Of a DNA stretch of 33,993 bases, positions 1-11,905 are shown piece by piece (position 1 is the stretch's first letter; the number at the start of each line of letters is the position of its first letter). The DNA is from Phoronis australis (taxonomy: Eukaryota; Animalia; Phoronida). The stretch covers positions 15,657-49,649 of the forward strand of contig NMRA01001143.1 in the NCBI GenBank assembly GCA_002633005.1. The letters run 5' to 3'. The notes under the pieces were generated by a model. It saw nothing but the letters and a program-made list of their open reading frames with translations. It had not been told where the DNA came from and did not search any database. A program made the position numbers and the translations under genes.

Positions 1-789
1 GGGCACGGGCCCCCCAAAAATTTTCAGGCACCTGGGTTAAACCGTGGCAACCGACATAGGCATGGTGCCGCGGACAGTCGAGAAAAGAAAGACTGCGAAA
101 AACGGATAAAAGAGAAAATTCAAGAGGACATTTAACAAATCTGCATCAGTGCATGGTTTACCTTTTGAGGACCCTGGCCAGGACACTGTCGTTAGGGTCT
201 TCGATTTTGCAGCACAGGTCGTCTAAATGCACACATATAGTTCGAAAAATCGAAAACATTTGTAAAGCGAAGCTTTTGTGGAGCGTACTAATTTACTGGA
301 TGTTTAAATTCAATAAGTCAATTTTGCGAATGCAAAACTATATTTTTCCAGAGGCCCCTCTCTGTCAAGGAATAACAGAGACAACTTTCGCTTTATTTTT
401 TTCTCGAATCTGTATATCACTTGAGAAAAATTGATGACCTGACAGATAACATCAATAACTGCGCATTTCCTGATATTTGAAAATACATATATTTTCATAT
501 TTAGGAGCCCCGCCCTTGAAGGAGGCCATTGATGACATTCAAGTGGCCATCTTTTTTGTTTTTATTGACACGTCACCCTCATGGCGGGAAGGTTGGTTTT
601 CTGACTTGTGCGGACTCTCCCATCTAACAATAACGAAATTAATATAGTTTGACGACAGAACCGACAGTAATTCATCTCACATGATTAGGAATAACGACCA
701 GACCCCGACAAGTGGCAGAAAAAGAACACCAAGCCGAAACTCTAGTGAACTCCGAGCTTCGACGTCAAAAAACTCTGAAGCAACCGACA

Positions 790-1010
790 ATGGACACCAT
801 ATTGACAGGAAAGGGACAAAATGTCACCAAGAAGACTCGGTCATTGAAAGATGAACTAAAAGAGGCACTCATGGACTCAGATATCCACTAGTCACTGTTT
901 ACAAACATGATAAAGCCCTTAATTGACGCTGATTTGTCTGAAATGTATAAAGCACTAGAGCTTCAATACGATCAAAAATGGCTGAAAAGCATAAAAAATA
1001 ACAACACTTG
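790..1010 (+). pseudogene. Possible degenerate coiled-coil coding remnant (retroelement ORF1-like)
   Basis: DELKEALMDSDIH*SLFTNMIKPLIDADLSEMYKALELQYDQK reading with an internal stop; judged on composition only, no diagnostic motif. Confidence 0.3.
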
Positions 1011-1533
1011 AAAATCAACTCGACAAGCTGAAGCAAGACAAATTCTTACTGTGCCGCTCACGGAGGGCCCATTGTTGGAATCGATTACCTCTATTTTCCT
1101 GCTTTGGTGAAATCGTGCTTTCATGTTGAAGGAGGTCACACCCTTCCTCGTTTTGGGACCACACGAAGGTGGAATGAACTGTCACTTTTTCCAAGCTTAA
1201 TGATGTTTAGCCCATCTTAAGGTGCCCCATTTCAGACGATGCCCTCTCTCGGTGGAGCAGTTCGGGGTGAATGTCCCTTTGTCCCTCTATATACATGAGA
1301 TTTTTACACAAGATTACTTATTCAAAGTTTAGAAAATATGATTAAGACAGTGAAGAAGACGAACAGTACACAATGTCTATTTTGTTACGTACAACTTCAT
1401 TAAGATTGACGGCAAAAGTGAGGGACAAAACTAAGCCTTTGAACTAGCAAGGAGCAATGTATAATGCGTACAGGAGTATGCAACAGTCAGCGCACGGACT
1501 TCTGGGAGGGAGAGGCGACCCAACAATTTGTAA

Positions 1534-2796
1534 TCATCGGCTAGTTATGGAGCGATAGTTTGCAATGTCTGTTTTGGAGTTCTTTTTGTGTATTGGTATC
1601 ATAACACCAAGTTTCCAGTTCAAAGGAAATTTTCCAGATTGTAGTATTTTGTTGTATGATGTTGTCAGAGGAAGTGTAAGCTCTCTTGCTATTATCTTGA
1701 TCATTTTATTGGTTATGAGATTGGTACCGTCGTTTTTGTTTTCGTCAATATTTTCTAGTAGTTTTCGCACTTCAGATGGTTGGGCTTGTATGTCAGAGAG
1801 ATGTTCTAATGTTCTGTTTCGGAATTCGGGAAAGCTTGCTGTTGGTGCAACGTGACTCTTGGCGGTGAAGTATTCTAAAAATAACTTACTTTTTTCAGCT
1901 TTGGATGACGCCTGAGTGTTGGATTCCTTTGAGTGGATGGTGGGGTATGAAGATTGCTTTACCTGTCCTCGAATTTTGTTTATTATATCCCAATATTCCT
2001 TTGAATTTTTTGGAGACATTGTTGATGTTGGAGATAATTTTCATCTTATAGTCTTGTTTCGTCTTTTTAATTAGTTCTTCCACACTCTTGCACTGTTCTT
2101 TGTAGCACTTAAAGGTGCACGGGTTATTTGATTTTCTGAACGATCTGTACAGTTTGTTTCTTTATTTCAGTCTTAATGTTATTGTTAAACCACGGTTTGC
2201 TCTTGTTTTTTTTATTGTTTTCATGGTTGATGAGATATTGTTATTTAGTATGTTTAGAGTGACTGTGTGAATGTTGGGACTGTGTCATTTATGTCACTTT
2301 TCTCAGTATTTCAGTCCAGTTAAATGTGGTTATGTCAGTGCGCAGTTTGTCCACGTTAATGAGGTTGTATTCCAGATCTGTTTGATAACGTCTTGTTCTT
2401 TAGGTAAGCAGTTGAGTGTGAATGTTGTTTCTATAACGTGGTAGTTCGAGTTACCAATGGGAGGCCTTACAGAAGTGGATTCAATTAATCCGAGATTGTT
2501 ACTGTAATACATAAATCAAGGCAAGAATGTGAATTCATACTCTGTTAAACGTGTCGGTTCGTTTATTAGTTGTACACAGTCAACTGAGAAGAGAATATTG
2601 AATAATTCGAGACCAGCTTGGTTGTCATTGTCTTCTGAGTACCAAGTACTGTTTCTTGCGTTGAAATTCCCGTTGATAACAATTGGTTCGTGAGAGTTCT
2701 TGCAGTTGTTCTGCAAAGGTCTTGAAAATGCTTTCCTGACCTGTCATGGGACGTCTGTGAGGGTGAGCGATAGAAAAAACCCTAATATACCTTCTT
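1534..2796 (-). mobile_element. Decayed APE-type non-LTR retrotransposon ORF2, downstream part (end of endonuclease, tether, start of RT)
   Basis: Fragmented ORFs: GFFYRSP, IVINGNFNARNSTW, QLINEPTR, PPIGNSNYHVI (APE motifs GDFN/PT/SDH, degenerate), then FPLNWKLGVMIPIHKKNSKTDIANYRSI (pre-RT WK..V.PI.K...NYRPISL motif). Stops and frameshifts present; sequence ends near 1535 before the RT core. CR1/L2/Crack-like by inference. Confidence 0.9.
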
Positions 2797-4194
2797 CACG
2801 GGTGAGAAACAACATGACCGCCGGTCCTCTAAACAGGACCTCCGGGGATCAAATGGGACCGCCGCACCAGAAAATGGGACTGACGCACCCAAAAACATGA
2901 CCGCCCCACCACAAAACAGGACCGCCGGGGACTAAAACCGCAATAACTAACAGGCTAAGATTTATTACCGTTAGGCCTACACAGATCATACAATGGGGCT
3001 ATATACGTATGCATATGCAGGTCTTGTGCCGATTAATCCACCGAAATCTTTTGTGAGCAACAAAGGACACTTCGCTTTGTAATACGCGGCGCTTTTGAGT
3101 TTTACTCATCACCAGGCTCCCGGCTGCGGTATGTGACTTATAAACAGTTGAAAGGTCAACATTTAATAAATCTAACACAAAACAACCTCGTTGTACGCTT
3201 TTGAGCTAAATAATTATAATTTTATCCACTGCATAAGTTTTAGAACAAAATGAAAATCATTTTCTCCAATTTGACGTTTAAAGTTAGTCAAGTAAAAAAA
3301 CGGACGTTCTGGTTCTCGGGTGAAGCATCATCATACTAGCTGCCTTTGTGCGGCAAAGCTGTACATTAAATGTACAGCTTTGCGCCGATGTGGGTAAAAA
3401 ACTGAACATGTAAAATCTTTACCCGGCGAATTTTTTTTAACGACACTCTTCCTTGAGTAAACTAAATTATTTCATCGGCGCTCGAGAGAAATTGTCGTTC
3501 TGTCGTTATTCTGCGTTCTCTTAAGTCGGCTTACATTGGCCGGTTCCTTTTCCCCCGATTCTTCAGTCAACTGTCCTTCTACAAGGTTGCGTACCTGGCA
3601 CAACAAATTATCGAAACTGGTTTCATTTCGTTATAAGTTTTCAGTACTTTAATACCAGCAAACCGAATTTCATAACAAACCTTGTTGCCGCCAAGTTGTC
3701 ATCATCTTTCGAAAGATGTCTCAAAATTTTTCTGAGGAAATGGCGCGTGCACATGTCACTTATTATTACAACAGTTCATTAGATTGTTTTTCACTCAAGC
3801 GGTTGCAAACTGCAAGGTGAGTGTTGGTTGACGCCTAGATTTTGCATGCGCCTACATCGGTCGCGCGCTCTACTACATGTTGATGTAAGTTCCACGACGA
3901 GGTGACGAGCAGAACTACCCGGGCTGTGGGCAATGTCGGGGATGTAACGGAGCTCAATAACGCAAGGCTGTCAAGCTTTATTTTGGCGATAGTCTTTACA
4001 CAGCTATCTGACCGGTTACGTCATAACCCGCAGTATCACACAAAGGCCTTAACTACTCAGTCCCCGGCGGTCCTGTTTTGTGGTGGGGCGGTCATGTTTT
4101 TAGGTGCGTCAGTCCTGTTTTGTGGTGGGACGGTCATGTTTTTAGGTGCGTCAGTCCTGTTTGGGTGAGGCGGTCATGTTGTTTCTCACCCGTG
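2797..4194. mobile_element. Non-autonomous DNA transposon with CAC...GTG termini (CMC/EnSpm-like or Transib-like)
   Basis: Perfect 26-bp TIR CACGGGTGAGAAACAACATGACCGCC; arrays of AAAACA(T/G)GACCGCC-type subterminal repeats at both ends; flanked by TTCTT on both sides; no transposase ORF seen. Confidence 0.92.
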
Positions 4195-4199
4195 TTCTT

Positions 4200-4600
4200 G
4201 TGGTTGACATAAAGTTCAATCCAACAGTTATTCATTGATTGTATAATTTTAGTATCAAATGTTTTGTAATTTAAGGAGTTGTGGACGAACAAGATCAACC
4301 GTCTCCCTGCGTTAGTGTGGTATGCAATGTTGTATTCTGGAATAATAAGTGCACTGAAGTTGTCTTCAGACAACGTTCCGGATTCACATATGGCTATGAC
4401 CATGTAATTGTTGTCTGTAATAAATTGCTTGAGAAGTTCAAATCTTGAAAGATTGTTCGCCTTGATACTATTGATGTTAGTGAATAAGACCTTGAAGCTG
4501 GCTGAACCCTGAGTGTCTCGGGTCCTGGATTGACCTGTATGTCACCAGCAGTCAAAAGGCTAATTTTGCTCAATGATAACTCTGATATCACAACGTGAGT
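4200..4600 (-). mobile_element. Same LINE ORF2, upstream part (2A-like motif and N-terminal APE endonuclease)
   Basis: LLTAGDIQVNPGP followed by IAICES, IPEYNI, LILFVHNSL, CWIELYVNH. The frame continues into 2796 (KKVY*GFFYRSP) once the 2797-4194 insertion is removed. Confidence 0.85.
4520..4558 (-). other. 2A-like (StopGo) peptide motif LLTAGDIQVNPGP
   Basis: Matches LLxxGD(V/I)ExNPGP except E->Q; lies directly N-terminal to the APE domain, the known position of 2A-like motifs in invertebrate LINEs. Confidence 0.75.
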
Positions 4601-5289
4601 TCTTCATTGTGTAGTAAACATTACGTAAGTGCGCAGTTCGGGGTCGTTTTCCTAGTAGTTAAGTGAGATCGAGCGTGATAGGCGAAAAGCAGTCATAAAT
4701 AAATAAATAAATACCCAAGTTGCATTTGCATTTTATTGCTCAATCTCTTCTTTTATTTTTAATTATGTCACGGTCATGCTGTGTAGAATGTAACAATGCA
4801 ATAGTGAAATAAAGTCTGTTTTACTTTATTGGTGACCACTCTCTATCAATTCAAGTAATTTAATTTTCTTCAAATAAATCCAAAATTCCTGAATCAAAAA
4901 TTTCAACATAAATGTTGAGCTCAGTACTGTGTTTTGCAATAAAAACAAGTGGACAATATTTTGATGACGAATGCGTGAGCCGAAACTGTTAAGCACCCAG
5001 CGTGTTGCATTTGTCTGCTGCGTTTTTCCTTTGGCCTAACAGGTGTCGGTTGGTGCCTGGGACAAATAAATACATTGCATAAACAATATCTGGGTTGCTT
5101 TTTGTTCTGTCTGAAGAAAATTTAATTTCGAAAATATCTTCTGAAAATGAAAAAAGTGCATTAGTAAAATCTACAATTAAGTTTTTAAGAGGTCTCAAAA
5201 AACAGTCGGTAATTGCACCGATTTTCGTCTCAGTTCTTCCACTGCGTGTTTCTCCCGAGAGGTTAGTAGCCTACCAAACGTGACGAGCA

Positions 5290-5720
5290 TTCTAGATTGG
5301 AACGCAAAGTTCTACGTGGCTGCGCTGCACAAGAAAGAAGATGGCGGACGACCATTGGAGCCTGGCGACGATAGGTTGTCCGACTATAGATTTTACCACC
5401 AATGAGCTATAGATGTTACCACACGCTCAGAACCCCCTTTTCAGCAGTCGTCTGCTACTGACTTAGTCACTGAACGGGAAAACTGACGCTGTCATGATAT
5501 CAGGAATATTGCCCTGGATATTTGGTACAAGTAATAAGGACATCTTACGCGAAAAATAAACATATTTGTCCACAAAGTTTGGTAAGTTGATCGCTTAAGA
5601 ATTAGTAGAAACACCGCTGCCGTGACGTTTTATCACGTGTTATGCAGTCAGGCCCCAGACTTTCTTCGGCGAATCCGGAAATTTGCAAGTGGCCTCTGCG
5701 AAAATGTTAGCCAATGAAAC
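5290..5720 (+). promoter_or_regulatory. Candidate promoter and first non-coding exon, probably of METTL26
   Basis: CpG-richer patch; YY1-type AAGATGGCGG at 5338-5347; several CCAAT/ATTGG boxes; strong donor G|GTAAGT at 5581/5582. Confidence 0.45.
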
Positions 5721-6272
5721 GCGTCAAAGATCGATTCTGCATATCCCATGTTTCGCAACTTGCTTACAAGTCATCGGGAGAGCTGTTATCGGTTAGTGAT
5801 TGTTGAACTTGGATTGGATTTGATAGCAGCGGTCGGATTAACAAGAGTTGCTTTATATTTGCGATCTGTAGTTCGTTATGTCAAGCTCTGATTATTTCGA
5901 TTGCCCTTGAGGTTTCTGTTTCATATGTTGCCTCTTTGATTGCACTAGGTCTGTTGTTAAGTTAACCTATTGTTAAGTCAGCACAACATGATTTGGCTTG
6001 CCTTTGGACATGATCAGTTGCGCTCCGGGGCACATGGGTTCAAACCTGGTCAGGAATATCCCTGAGATGGTGATTATTATTTTGTTGTGTTTGTGAAACG
6101 GAATAGAGAAGTAGGAGTAATAGTGTGGAGCACGTACATACGTGGAAATTGGGAAATGTCGTTATGTCTGTCAAAAAGCAGGACATCTGTAATCTGTTCT
6201 GATGTTGTGGTAGGATGCAGACAATCGAAGCTTCAAAAAGTTTGATGATTTCGCTGAAAGGGGGACAGTTAG

Positions 6273-6386
6273 CAGTGGCGGATTTAAGGGGGCCATGGCC
6301 CCCCTTAAAGTTCTACCAGACACTATTTGGCAGTTCGGGTGCAAATCGCCGACTAGCACATGCGCGCAACCAGGGGGCTTGGGCCA
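6273..6386. mobile_element. End of a MITE-like element running into the gap
   Basis: Begins CAGTGGCGGATTTAAGGGGGCCATGGCCCCCC, a terminus style common in invertebrate non-autonomous DNA elements; other end not visible. Confidence 0.5.
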
Positions 6387-6709
6387 NNNNNNNNNNNNNN
6401 NNNNNNNNNNNNNNNNNNNNNNNNNNNNNNNNNNNNNNNNNNNNNNNNNNNNNNNNNNNNNNNNNNNNNNNNNNNNNNNNNNNNNNNNNNNNNNNNNNNN
6501 NNNNNNNNNNNNNNNNNNNNNNNNNNNNNNNNNNNNNNNNNNNNNNNNNGGGGGGGTGGAATAAACAATACATAGGCTCTGAACAACACACCCATTTCCC
6601 TTTTTTTAGTTTAGTCAAAAGGTCCGCAAAACCCAAAAATTCGAGACCCCTGCATCCCTACATTTTAGGCTGGGCTCGCGCAGCTGTCGAAATTCTGGTT
6701 ATTCCTGTC

Positions 6710-8845
6710 GGGCAAATCACAATCAAGGTCCATATTCGGTGGCCACTATCTCTTTGGTGAAAAATGAAGGTTGTCATGTAAGTGTAAAAGCTATGATATT
6801 TTAAAGTACCATCATTCCAGGTTTGTAATCTAAAATATTTTTGCACAAGAACCACCAAATAAAATTTTATGGCCTAATGCATCACAGTTGTATAAAAGGG
6901 TATGTACCCTACAACTTGTGGTCACAGCCCACTATTATATCATGCAAAAATTCATAAGGTAGCTGTTAATTTAATAAGTTCTTGATCAAATTGAAGAAGT
7001 ATCACATGATAAAGTAAGAAAAATTATCACCGTGCTGATAAGTTGTTCTAGATGATGATACATTGCATATCTTAATACAGTATAATGAGAACTTCTTCTT
7101 GTGCAATATGATTCTTGCAAAAAGAAAATGACTAGTAACTACTTTTTCCAAAAACTTTATTGGTGCTATTTGCCTTAAGCTTTAGATACATTCACCAATT
7201 GGTCAAAATAGTAATGCTAGGAACAGTGTTCAACTTGTAAACAGTAAAAAATGGTACTGGTTAGTGAGGGGTACGTCAATCAACGTCAAATTTTAACTAA
7301 GTTACAAATGTATAGGATGGTCTCGAGTTTTGTGTTGCCTCTACTTTGTTAGTTTGTTGCAAGTTGTCTTGAGAGATAGAGAACATGCCTCTGCAACATC
7401 AGTTGTCACATGACGTGTCCTCTAGGATGTTTCTAGCCAAGTCCTGTGTGGCATTTTATTGCCCACAAATTTGATAATTGTCCATTTTTTGTCAGACTGG
7501 ATGCATTTTGGAAATATCAGTATTGTTCATGAGAACAGCAGTACGTAAAAATACTTGTGAGCAATACTTTATAGTACAGAGGTTGAACGTACGTGTACGT
7601 ACACTACAAAGGGGTACGTAGGCCTACCCTACATTTCAATGACTTGTCAGGTTTATAAAAATACCTAGAATCTACTGAGAGTTAGTTCATTTACCAAATC
7701 TATTCAAAGAGAACAAATAAAAAGTACAGCATACATGTCATACATTCTTTGAAAACAGGCACATGTTAAAATACACTACACAAATGCTAATATTTCACTC
7801 AAAATAAATGTATTTGTATTTAACGCCCTTTTAACCAAGCACTTTTAATGGAGTATACTGTCTGTGACAGATGTTCCTTACTTAATGTGTAATATTTTTG
7901 TTTCATGGTATTTGTTCACATCGGGGTACGTACACTACACAGGGGTACGTACACTACATTTCAATGACGTCAAGTTTGTAACTAAATACTAAGAATCTAC
8001 TGAGAGTTAGTTGATTTACTAAATCAATTCAAAGAGAAAAAAAATAAAAACCTCAGCATTCATGTGCATATCTGCCACACTTTGAAAATAGGCACATGTT
8101 AAGATATAGGGGTACGTACACTACACAAGTGCTAATATTTCACTCAAAACAAACGTATTTGTAATAAACACCCTTTTAGCCTAACATTTTTAAGGAAGGA
8201 AACTGTCTGTGACCAATATTGATCACTTACCAAGTGATATTTTAATTCCATGGCCTTTGTAAACATGGGGGTATGTACACTACATCGCTGTTTCTGCATC
8301 ACATGGTAACATAATGTTGTATGGCCATTTATTTTTCTTTGATGATAGGCTAACATATTCTGCAGTTCTTTTTATTACAGAGTGTGAACTTCAGTTTTTA
8401 ACCTTCTTTACAGTAGGTGAGGTTTAGAAACACAGAATTTACAAATTTCGTAACGAGTGCCTGTTTTATGATGAACCCTACAATTTCTCAATGATTAAAC
8501 ACAACTTCATCTATGTGATTCTGAAAGTGACTCAAGTTATTCCCAGTCATATCTAATCAATTGCTTACCTAATAAAATTACTTTCTTTTCTACTGTTGAC
8601 AGTTGAAAATTGTGATTTTTTAAATGGCTACTCGTAAAGCTAAAAATGCATGAAATTCATGGACAAAAACATGCATAAATTTCTCAAACATTGTCCGATT
8701 TTGATGATACTTTATTTTTAATTTGCACAACTAAGTACCTCTTTGCATATGAGATTCAGTTGGCATTTGGTAAGTGACCAAAAAAATTTATTTTAGACCG
8801 TAACACAGTCAACTCTCGAATATGGACCTTTATTGTGATTTAGCC
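6710..8845. mobile_element. Candidate ~2.1-kb non-coding DNA element bounded by inverted repeats
   Basis: AAATCACAAT(C/A)AAGGTCCATATTCG at 6714-6738 and its reverse complement at 8817-8841; internal repeats; no target-site duplication found. Confidence 0.5.
7611..8285. repeat. Diverged tandem duplication of ~330-340 bp with repeated GGGGTACGTACACTAC motif
   Basis: 7611-7940 aligns with 7942-8285 (shared AGAATCTACTGAGAGTTAGTT, GGCACATGTTAA, GCTAATATTTCACTCAAAA). Confidence 0.85.
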
Positions 8846-11022
8846 TTGTGCCCTGGCCCCCCCCCCCCCCCCCCNGTCATATTTTTAGTTCATGCCTTGA
8901 TGTCAGCAGTGTTCACTAGAGGCAGCCACTTGATAAATTCTTCATAGCAGTGCCGTTTCATTAATTGATAATTTTGATTGTAGGTGCTGCCAGTGTTTGT
9001 TGGATATAACAAGTTTCTTTAAAATATTGGACATATACTGACTAAAAGTCACAAAGATTAATTTGAGAACATTCTTGGCAGATACCAAAAAAACAGATTT
9101 TGGCAAAGGAGGACGATGGTTGACTGCAGGTTAGTTGTTTGATTTTATTTTGTGAACGTACCAATTCGCTCTGGGGTTGACCATGTTCGCACGTGGTCTG
9201 TAATAAGCCTGGTAGATAATTGGCCTGCCTGTTGTCATACCAGACAAAAGACTGTGGTTGGCAGTTTCCAAAGGAGCTAGATGTTATCATACGCTCACAA
9301 CCCTCTATGTCTGGAAAAGTCACTGAACGAGAAAATGCCGTCATGCATGGGCTCAGCTGAATGTGCTGGAAGAGATAACTGCAGTCGTAATTAAGTCATC
9401 ATGCCTGTTTATGAGCATACAAGTTATAGAGTCAAAAACCGAATGATAAGTTTAAGACAAACGACCAACATGACTGTTTTCAAAATTGAAAAGTAAATAT
9501 CCATTTTTGAATTTTGAAAATCGAGGCATTAAGAGACATTCTTAGCAAATAGATGCTAATTGCATATAGATTTTCTTGAGCATCATGGCTAGAGCAATGA
9601 GCATTATAGTGAATCGATTATGACGGGTTAGTCACAGGCTCGCTTAGGCGTTGGGGTAAGAAAACTTACAGAGCTTGGGATTTGTCTCATGCAGTTGCAG
9701 GCTCAGCAGCCTGCCGTAGGGTTAAGTTGGTCTGTAGATGAGAAGTCCATAAATGTTATGATTCCAATGGCCCATGTATAACCGCGGTGCATTCTTTTTT
9801 AATACATTTTTTTAATTCCTCAACAAGCTGAATGCTATAGTGATTAAAGGGATTACATAAAATAGGTTTATACAAAATGCACTTTGAAGTCAAACACCTA
9901 GGAATCAAAAGCTGAGTTTATCTGCAGACACTTTTCAAGATAATATTCACAAAAAATGAGCAGCATTTGGATTAATTCCAGTAGGTTTGAACTTTCATCT
10001 GATTTCAATAGCAATGAGTAACTGTAGTTCACAAATCTTATATCTCACTCATGAGAATGTCACTGTGTGAGATTTTCAGTAAGGATATGTGACCAATGCT
10101 GACAGGAAGGCAAAATTCTCACTGAGTGGGAATGCGTGCGAGTAAATTTGATTCTCACTGGAATGTATCATTGTATTCTCACTATAGTGATATTTTTTTG
10201 AATGGCATCTTAATTATCATCAGTAGAATAAATATCACTGGAATCCAAATTGAGATTTGAACTTACTTTCTGGATGATGAGACCATCCTGAAGCTTTTAC
10301 GTAAGCATAATTATGGTGTGTGTGCAGTGCATCTTGAAACGTCATATCGAATCTGTGTGTTCCGGCCAATATCTGTGTCCCTCAATAATTTTTATACTCC
10401 TATCCTATATGGAACCGGAAGGGCTGCGAGGAGGCTATAAAACAGCAGATTAGTGGTTTAACATATTTGTCAATTATAGCTGACTAATATATGAACTATA
10501 CCATGATCTAGTTCTCTCAACACAGCTCGCACTGAGGCCATGAAAAGAATCCTAGTACTTTGACATCCTCACTACCGGTAGTTTTAGATTGGACAACTCC
10601 ACCGGTTTGGGTACCTTGGAATCTGCTGGTATTGATCAAAGACACCATGCTGTTGTAGTTAATTACATCACCTCAGGCTGCTGATTTTATCGTTCTCTAG
10701 ATAATCACCATCATAAACACACTAGGGGGACTTTTCTAAATTTTTGTTTTGAAAGTTTGTAAATAGAATATTTGAAGAGTTCATGAAAAGTACACATGTT
10801 TAGGTGTTTGAATGTTAAAAATAGCTCAGCAAAAATGTGACTTTTACAGCCTAAACGTTTGTTTAATGTTGCCATATTATGTATTTCTTGAGTTCTGCTG
10901 GGTGTGCATAATTGAACCAATTACTAAACCACCAGGCAGCAGTTCGGTTGAATTTTGAAGTAAGCCAAGTGTCTATCTTACAATTCTTGGAAAGACATTA
11001 ATAACGAACTATTTTATTTCAG

Positions 11023-11168
11023 TGTTCACTCCGTGAGTGGACTCTCATTAAAAGAAGTAAAGATACTGTCAGCACCTGCTGCCGAGAATAACAAGGACTG
11101 TATTCTTAACGTTATTAAGGAAAATGTGGATCTACAGAAGAATCTATTTGCCTTGGAGCTAGCTTCAG
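11023..11168 (+). CDS. METTL26: METTL26 first visible coding exon (no ATG)
   Basis: TTTCAG acceptor; ILSAPAAENNKDCILNVIKE...ALELASG resembles the METTL26 N-terminus (AAERNK.PIL...LE.ASG); phase-1 GT donor. Confidence 0.9.
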
Positions 11169-11628
11169 GTATAGGCATGACTTTGTTATGGAAACCCATA
11201 AAATACTCTTTTTTGATGTGAGCATGCAGAATTCATCATTGTGTCCTCAAAATCAGCGTGGTTTTTAAAATCAGCATGATGAAATTCAAATTTGATGTAA
11301 AAGCTAGTAGCCAACATTCCCAAATGAAAAGTTGGACATCTACATCTTGGCCATATATGTCTCCTAAAACACCCAGAAATTTTATACCTTCAGTGGTTTT
11401 TCAGTCATGTCCATATTGAAACATGAAACACAGACTGAGTTATTTAGTGTGGGAAAGCATATTGCCTTCATAACATATGGGCTCAATTACCAAACCACCA
11501 GGAAGCTAGCAGTTGAATTTTGAGGTTGAAGCCAAGTGTCATTGTACAATTCTTGTTTTGCATACAGTTTCATGGTAATTTCTCTTTGTTTCTTTTATCT
11601 TATTTTGCAAGTCATTTTATTCTTGTAG

Positions 11629-11716
11629 GAACAGGACAACATGTGGTCCATTTTGCTGAAAACCTCCCTAATGTTACCTGGTTACCATCCGACTGTGAAA
11701 AAAATTGTGTGTACAG
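11629..11716 (+). CDS. METTL26: METTL26 coding exon 2
   Basis: GTGQHVVHFAENLPNVTWLPSDCEKNCVY; completes SAM motif I (ELASGTGQH); AG/GT boundaries, phases 1->2. Confidence 0.95.
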
Positions 11717-11905
11717 GTATGCGTGCGTATTAAAATAATAATTTTCATTTTTCAAAGGCTACTAACTTTGTCGTGAATGCCCACAATTTTTTAATTGACT
11801 TTAAAATGACTTGAATACAAACGTCCATCCATATCAACTAAAATCTTACAGGATATCAGTTGAAGCGGGAGTAAACGGAACAGTTATACTCATGTTTGAT
11901 TGTAG

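Noticed and set aside
2797-2830. TIR as a RAG recombination-signal-like (ProtoRAG) end
   Set aside because: Only CAC matches the heptamer; no clear spacer/nonamer asymmetry and no RAG-like coding sequence.
3740-3822. ATGGCG...AAG|GTGAGT as a captured exon in the transposon
   Set aside because: Short, no recognisable peptide and no downstream partner exon.
5341-5412. ATGGCGGAC as the METTL26 start codon
   Set aside because: The frame closes at TAG after 23 codons with no strong phase-compatible donor; at most a uORF or YY1 site.
6034-6056. B-box-like GGTTCAAACC as a tRNA or SINE
   Set aside because: No convincing A-box or cloverleaf found.
6215-6760. ORFs of 70-180 aa across the first gap
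   Set aside because: Length comes from N runs; no recognisable protein.
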